Source: Candidatus Methylomirabilia bacterium
Lineage (GTDB): Bacteria > Methylomirabilota > Methylomirabilia > Rokubacteriales > CSP1-6
Assembly (NCBI GenBank): GCA_041496385.1
Contig: JBGQEL010000126.1
Location: 1 to 12,317 of the forward strand
Length of the DNA stretch: 12,317 bases
Reading direction: 5' to 3'
Shown: positions 8,586-12,317 of the stretch, in pieces
How the letters are laid out: every line of letters begins with the position of its first letter
How positions within the stretch are numbered: the stretch's first letter is position 1
Translations under genes and position numbers: made by a program
The notes under the pieces: generated by a model
The model's database searches: none
What the model saw: only the letters and a program-made list of their open reading frames with translations
What the model was told of the DNA's origin: nothing

Positions 8586-9611
8586 TCACTTCAGCTCGGT
8601 CTTCGCCTCCCACTTCACCAGCTTCGGATCGACCTCCTTGAGCAGCTTCGTGTAGAAGACGCTCTCGGGGGCGATCTTCTGCGGGATCCGCTCGAGCGCG
8701 TACAGGAAGTCGATGAAGTCGCCCATACCCTGGCGGATCTTGTCGTTCATCTCCATCGTGTAGATGTTGAGCGCCATGATGTCGCGCGTGAGCGCCTCGT
8801 CCGTCTTCATCTCGCGCGCCACGATCTTCACGGCGGTCTCGCGGTCGGTGTTGATCGTCCGCGTCGCCTTCTCGAGGGCGCGCAGCACCGCCTTCAGCGT
8901 GTTCGGGTTCTCCTTGAGCATCTTGCCGCTCGCCACCACGCCCGCGTGGACGTACAGCCACTCGACCTGGCCCTCCTTGCCCGGGATGAAGCTCCGGTTC
9001 CCGGTGAAGTAGACCTTGCCCCCGTTCTTGACCGCGTTGAAGACCCAGGGCGCCCAGCCCGCCATCGCGTCGATGTCGCCCTTGGCGAGCGCGGTGACGC
9101 TGTCCGGCGGCGAAAGATTGACGAACTGGATCTTGCTGAAGTCGACGCCCGTGTCCCTGGCCATGCCCTGGATGGCCATGGTGACCGACGCGCCCTTCGG
9201 CATCCCGATCTTGAGCTTCTCGAAGTCCTTGGGCGAGCGCACCAGCTCCTGGCCCCGCTTGCCGAGCACGATCTGCTGCGTGCCGCCGATGTCGCTCTGC
9301 GGCGCGATGTTGTAGATCGCCTGGCCCGACGCCGCGATCGGCACCACCATCGTCGCCGTCGCCGTGCCCAGGTGAATGTTGCCGGCGCCCCACATCGACG
9401 GCAGGTCGGTGCCCGCGATGTACCAGCGCGGGTTGATCTTGATCCCCTGCTCCTTGAAGTAGCCGAGCTGGTCGGCCACGGCGAACTGCGACGACATCTG
9501 GGCGTCGCGCACGAGCCAGGCGTCCAGCTCGGCGAGCTCGGGCTTCTGCGCGAGCGCCTCGCCCGCCCCGGCGACGACGAGCATCATGAGCGTCACGATC
9601 AGGTATCGCAT
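8586..9611 (-). CDS. ABC transporter substrate-binding protein, SsuA/TauA/NMT1-THI5-like family, 341 aa
   Basis: Start re-assigned to ATG 9611 (MRYLIVTLMMLVVAGAGEALA/Q signal peptide); AGGAG SD at 9619-9623. Motifs VADQLGYFKEQGI, LKIGMPKGAS, ALAKGDIDAMAGWAPW. Adjacent to SsuBC-type genes. Confidence 0.9.
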   Translation of the reverse strand: MRYLIVTLMMLVVAGAGEALAQKPELAELDAWLVRDAQMSSQFAVADQLGYFKEQGIKINPRWYIAGTDLPSMWGAGNIHLGTATATMVVPIAASGQAIYNIAPQSDIGGTQQIVLGKRGQELVRSPKDFEKLKIGMPKGASVTMAIQGMARDTGVDFSKIQFVNLSPPDSVTALAKGDIDAMAGWAPWVFNAVKNGGKVYFTGNRSFIPGKEGQVEWLYVHAGVVASGKMLKENPNTLKAVLRALEKATRTINTDRETAVKIVAREMKTDEALTRDIMALNIYTMEMNDKIRQGMGDFIDFLYALERIPQKIAPESVFYTKLLKEVDPKLVKWEAKTELK

Positions 9612-9649
9612 CTCACGACTCCTTTCGAGCTGAATGACCCCGGCGGGCG

Positions 9650-10399
9650 TCACCGCACGGCGCGCCAGCGTAGCACGCGCCGCTCGGTCGCCAGCAACAG
9701 GGCGTTGACGAGCGATCCGAGCCCTCCGAGCACCAGGGCTCCCATGACGATCTGGGCCGGGTTGAAGAAGACGCGTCCCTCCATGATGAGGCTGCCGAGG
9801 CCGGCATCGGCGCCCATGAACTCCGCGCCCACAATGACGAAGATCGCGAGGCCGAAGCCCAGGCGCAGCGCCACGATGATGCCCGGGAAGGCGGCCGGCA
9901 GCACGACGCGCCGCAGCAGCGCCCGCCGCGAGGCGCCGAGGCTCGCGGCTGCGCGCAGCAGCATGACGTCCACGCGCAGGATGCTCGCCGTGATCCCGAC
10001 GAACATCGGGAAGAAGGTGGTGTAGGCGATGAAGGCGACCTTCGACGTCTCGCCGAGGCCGAACCACACGAGGAACATCGGCAGGAAGGCCAGCGGCGGG
10101 ATCGGCCGAACGAACTCGATCACGGGCTCGAGCGCGAGCCGCGCCGGCGTGTAGAGCGCGACGACCAGCCCGAGCCCGAGCGCCGCGAGCGCGGCGAGCC
10201 CGAACCCCTCCGCGATCCGGAGCGAGGACACGCCGAGATGCCACGCCAGCGACCCGTCACGCGCGAGCGCCACGAAGACCGCGGCCACCTCGCCCGGCGT
10301 CGGCAGCAGCGCCGCGGTCACGACGTCGAGCGCCCGGTTGCCGTACGTCACCGCCGCCCACGCGAGCAGCAACAGTACGAGGGCCACGGCCCGGATCAT
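9650..10399 (-). CDS. ABC transporter permease, SsuC/TauC family (copy 2), 249 aa
   Basis: ATG 10399 overlaps the ATPase TGA. LLPTPGEV, SSLRIAEGF, RPIPPLAFLP, EAA-like loop LLRAAASLGAS, VVLPAAFP, AEFMGADAGLG. Confidence 0.93.
   Translation of the reverse strand: MIRAVALVLLLLAWAAVTYGNRALDVVTAALLPTPGEVAAVFVALARDGSLAWHLGVSSLRIAEGFGLAALAALGLGLVVALYTPARLALEPVIEFVRPIPPLAFLPMFLVWFGLGETSKVAFIAYTTFFPMFVGITASILRVDVMLLRAAASLGASRRALLRRVVLPAAFPGIIVALRLGFGLAIFVIVGAEFMGADAGLGSLIMEGRVFFNPAQIVMGALVLGGLGSLVNALLLATERRVLRWRAVR
10028..10056. repeat. 29-bp exact direct repeat shared by the two permease paralogues (other copy 11544-11572)
   Basis: GATGAAGGCGACCTTCGACGTCTCGCCGA occurs at both positions and encodes GETSKVAFI on the minus strand. 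Confidence 0.85.
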
Positions 10400-11163
10400 T
10401 CGCGCACCTTCGCGACTTCCACCTTCACCACGCGGGTGATCTCGCTCTCGTGGTGGGTGAACTCGGGCGCGAACCGATCGCGCGTCTCCCCCAGCTTGAG
10501 GGGGAAGATCTCCTTGATGCGGCCGGGCGACGACGTCATCACCACGACGCGATCGGCGAGATACACCGCCTCGCGGATCGAGTGCGTGACGAAGACGATC
10601 GTCTTGTGCTCGACCCGCTGGATGCGCGACAGCTCCTCCTGCATCACCTCGCGCGTCTGGGCGTCCAGCGCGCCGAACGGCTCGTCCATGAGCACGATCG
10701 ACGGATCGTTGGCGAGCGCCCGGGCGATCGCGACCCGCTGCTTCATGCCGCCCGAGAGCTGCACGGGGAACTTCGTGGAGTGCCCGGTGAGCCCGACCAT
10801 GTCCAGGTAGCGCGCCGCGATCTCGCGGCAGCGCGCCGCCGGCTCCCCCGCGAGCCGCGGCCCGAATTCCACGTTCTGCGCCACGGTGAGCCAGGGAAAG
10901 AGCACGTACTCCTGGAAGACCACGCCGCGCTCCGGCCCGGGGCCCGTGACCGGCCGGCCGTCCATCAGCACCCGCCCGCGCGTCGGCGGCAGGAAGCCGG
11001 CGACGATGTTGAGCAGCGTGGACTTGCCGCATCCCGACGGCCCGAGCAGGCACAGCAGCTCGCCCGTCTGGACCTCGAGCTCGATGTCGACGAGCGCCGG
11101 CGCCCCGCCGCCGTCCGCGCCGAACGACTTGTGGACGCCCTCGATCCGGAGTCGCGCGCTCAT
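10396..11163 (-). CDS. ABC transporter ATP-binding protein, SsuB/TauB family, 255 aa
   Basis: ATG 11163 (MSARLRIEGVHKSF) overlaps the upstream TGA. Walker A GPSGCGKST, Q-loop VVFQ, signature LSGGMKQR, Walker B VLMDEPFGALD, H-loop FVTHS. Confidence 0.96.
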   Translation of the reverse strand: MSARLRIEGVHKSFGADGGGAPALVDIELEVQTGELLCLLGPSGCGKSTLLNIVAGFLPPTRGRVLMDGRPVTGPGPERGVVFQEYVLFPWLTVAQNVEFGPRLAGEPAARCREIAARYLDMVGLTGHSTKFPVQLSGGMKQRVAIARALANDPSIVLMDEPFGALDAQTREVMQEELSRIQRVEHKTIVFVTHSIREAVYLADRVVVMTSSPGRIKEIFPLKLGETRDRFAPEFTHHESEITRVVKVEVAKVRE

Positions 11164-11984
11164 GCGGCGGGCGGGCGCTCCCACGAGAGCCAGCGGCGCT
11201 CGAGGAGCGCGACGAGGCCGTTGCCGCAGTAGCCGAGGAGCCCCAGCACGATCGCGGCCCCGAGCATCTGGGGGACGAGGAAGAAGTTCCGGCCGTCGTT
11301 GATCAGGTAGCCGAGCCCCTGCTCGGCGCCGATGAACTCGGAGATCACGATGACGAAGAACGCGAGCGCCACGCCGAGGCGGATCCCCGTGAGGATCTCC
11401 GGCAGCGCGGCCGGCAGCACGACGCGCGCGAACAGCTGCGTCCGCCGCGCGCCCAGGCTCGCCGCGGCGCGCAGGAGCAGCGGATCGACCTGCTGGACCG
11501 CGTGGACCGTGGTCAGGAACATCGGGAAGAACGTGGCGTACGTGATGAAGGCGACCTTCGACGTCTCGCCGATTCCCACCCACACGATGAAGAGCGGCAG
11601 CATCGCGAGCGGCGGGATCGGCCGCAGGATCTCGACGACGGGCTCGAGCAGGTTGCGGATCAGCCGGAACTGCCCCGCCGGCAGCCCGAGCGCCAGCGCG
11701 AGCAGCGCACCGGTCGAGAAGCCGATGGCGACGCGCCCGAGCGTGGCGCCGATGTGGCCCCAGAGCTGGCCATTGACGGCGAGCTGGCCGACCTTGCCCA
11801 GCACGAGCCAGGGGCCGGCGAGGAAGAGCGGATTGAAGAGCTTGAAGAGCACGACGACGCCGGACGCGAGGCTCCAGAGCGCCAGGAAGGCGAGGACGGC
11901 GCCCGCGCGGAACGCGAGCGCGCGCCGGCGCGGAACCGACGCCCCGCGCAGGCCCCACTGCACCAGGTCCGCGACGCTGCTCAC
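11160..11984 (-). CDS. ABC transporter permease, SsuC/TauC family (copy 1), about 274 aa
   Basis: TLGRVAIGF, RPIPPLAMLP, LLRAAASLGA, VVLPAALP, SEFIGAEQGLG; hydrophobic segments. GTG start; exact start somewhat uncertain. Confidence 0.92.
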   Translation of the reverse strand: MSSVADLVQWGLRGASVPRRRALAFRAGAVLAFLALWSLASGVVVLFKLFNPLFLAGPWLVLGKVGQLAVNGQLWGHIGATLGRVAIGFSTGALLALALGLPAGQFRLIRNLLEPVVEILRPIPPLAMLPLFIVWVGIGETSKVAFITYATFFPMFLTTVHAVQQVDPLLLRAAASLGARRTQLFARVVLPAALPEILTGIRLGVALAFFVIVISEFIGAEQGLGYLINDGRNFFLVPQMLGAAIVLGLLGYCGNGLVALLERRWLSWERPPAA

Positions 11985-12013
11985 GCCGTGAGCTTTCCGC
12001 CGCTCGATCGCAT
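11981..12013 (-). other. Possible 10-codon upstream ORF (MRSSGGKLTA*) whose stop overlaps the first gene's start
   Basis: Minus strand reads ATG CGA TCG AGC GGC GGA AAG CTC ACG GCG TGA. The TGA overlaps GTG 11984 (GTGA). ATG lies 9 nt after the -10 candidate. Confidence 0.3.
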
Positions 12014-12022
12014 GGTTCCGCC

Positions 12023-12031
12023 GTTATAGCA
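12023..12031 (-). promoter_or_regulatory. Candidate sigma70-type extended -10 promoter (TGcTATAAC) for the operon
   Basis: Minus strand TG-C-TATAAC matches TGnTATAAT except the last base. It is a rare AT-rich patch, about 40 nt upstream of the first gene. No convincing -35. Confidence 0.6.
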
Positions 12032-12101
12032 CGGCGGATCGACCCGGTGCGACGGCAGGCGGGCCGCGCGCGCGGTCGCGCGCAGGCGATCTCGCCGCGT
12101 C

Positions 12102-12316
12102 CTAGCCCGGACTCTTCATGAACGACCACACGCGAGGCGGACGGGTCCTGGCGCCGCGGGCGGTGCCCGCGCCCCGGCTCCGTCACCCACTCGCCCGATC
12201 GCCGCTCTTCGAGCGGCGGACGAGACTCGGGGGCCCCACTTCGCCGGCTGCGCGGGCACCGCCCGCGGCGCCACCCGTCCGACCTCGATATCGCCGTTCA
12301 TGAACATCCAGGCTAG
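12102..12316. mobile_element. 215-bp quasi-palindromic MITE/REPIN-like element with about 75-bp imperfect inverted arms, bounded by CTAG at both ends
   Basis: Left arm begins CTAGCCCGGACTCTTCATGAACG; reverse complement of right arm begins CTAGCCTGGATGTTCATGAACG. Perfect 24-bp inverted match 12149-12172 / 12250-12273; 9-bp match 12138-12146 / 12273-12281; central hairpin CGCCGCTC-TTC-GAGCGGCG (12200-12218). The repeat structure is certain; mobility is inferred. Confidence 0.7.
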
Positions 12317-12317
12317 A

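Noticed and set aside
8569..9642. TGACCCCG present in both gaps flanking the binding-protein gene
   Set aside because: Only 8 bp, GC-rich and non-palindromic; compatible with chance.
8586..11984. Assigning ssuABC/tauABC symbols and a sulfonate substrate
   Set aside because: The family also carries nitrate, pyrimidine/thiamine precursors and other solutes; no desulfonation gene (ssuD, tauD) is in the window.
11..12029. Long plus-strand ORFs (e.g. 11..1486, 1378..3246, 2859..5387, 5468..7126, 6991..8406, 8403..10025)
   Set aside because: They lie antisense to well-supported genes, show no recognisable motifs, and are expected stop-poor shadow frames in very GC-rich DNA.
12062..12098. CCGCGCGCGCGG palindrome and GGCGA-TC-TCGCC mini-stem upstream of the promoter
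   Set aside because: CG-dinucleotide runs are self-complementary and also occur inside coding regions here (e.g. near 3082 and 7276); not distinctive enough to call an operator.
386..12186. Apparent giant or fusion ORFs on the minus strand (834, 1255, 307, 552, 467, 596 aa)
   Set aside because: Their N-terminal extensions are off-frame read-through of upstream genes. Real starts are at 1339, 5024, 6934, 9611, 10399 and 11163, supported by stop/start overlaps, SD sites and motif onset.
12116..12307. Two mirror ORFs of 61-63 aa spanning the palindromic element
   Set aside because: Starts and stops come from the arm sequences around TTCATGAA. The products are low-complexity Pro/Arg/Ala with no SD, so they are most likely a by-product of symmetry and GC content.
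12102..12316. CRISPR array, tRNA or Rho-independent terminator reading of the repeat element
   Set aside because: Repeats are inverted rather than direct with spacers, there are no tRNA motifs, and no U-tract follows the hairpins on either strand.

Overview
Very GC-rich bacterial DNA. Almost the whole window is one tightly packed minus-strand operon, read from about 12,000 toward position 1. Gene order: SsuC/TauC-type permease, ABC ATPase, second permease, SsuA/TauA/NMT1-type binding protein, 60-aa GatC/AtzG-like protein, amidase-signature amidase, crotonase-fold protein, acyl-CoA dehydrogenase, fused NDP-forming acyl-CoA synthetase, family-5 (Dpp/Opp) binding protein, DppB-like permease, and a DppC-like permease cut by the window edge. 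This looks like an uptake-and-breakdown locus for an unknown amide. Both CoA-processing enzymes carry non-canonical catalytic residues (Asp where Glu is expected). Upstream are an extended -10 promoter candidate, a 10-codon near-leaderless ORF overlapping the first gene, and a 215-bp quasi-palindromic element bounded by CTAG (MITE/REPIN-like). The long plus-strand ORFs are antisense shadows. All family calls come from motif recognition by eye, not database searches.
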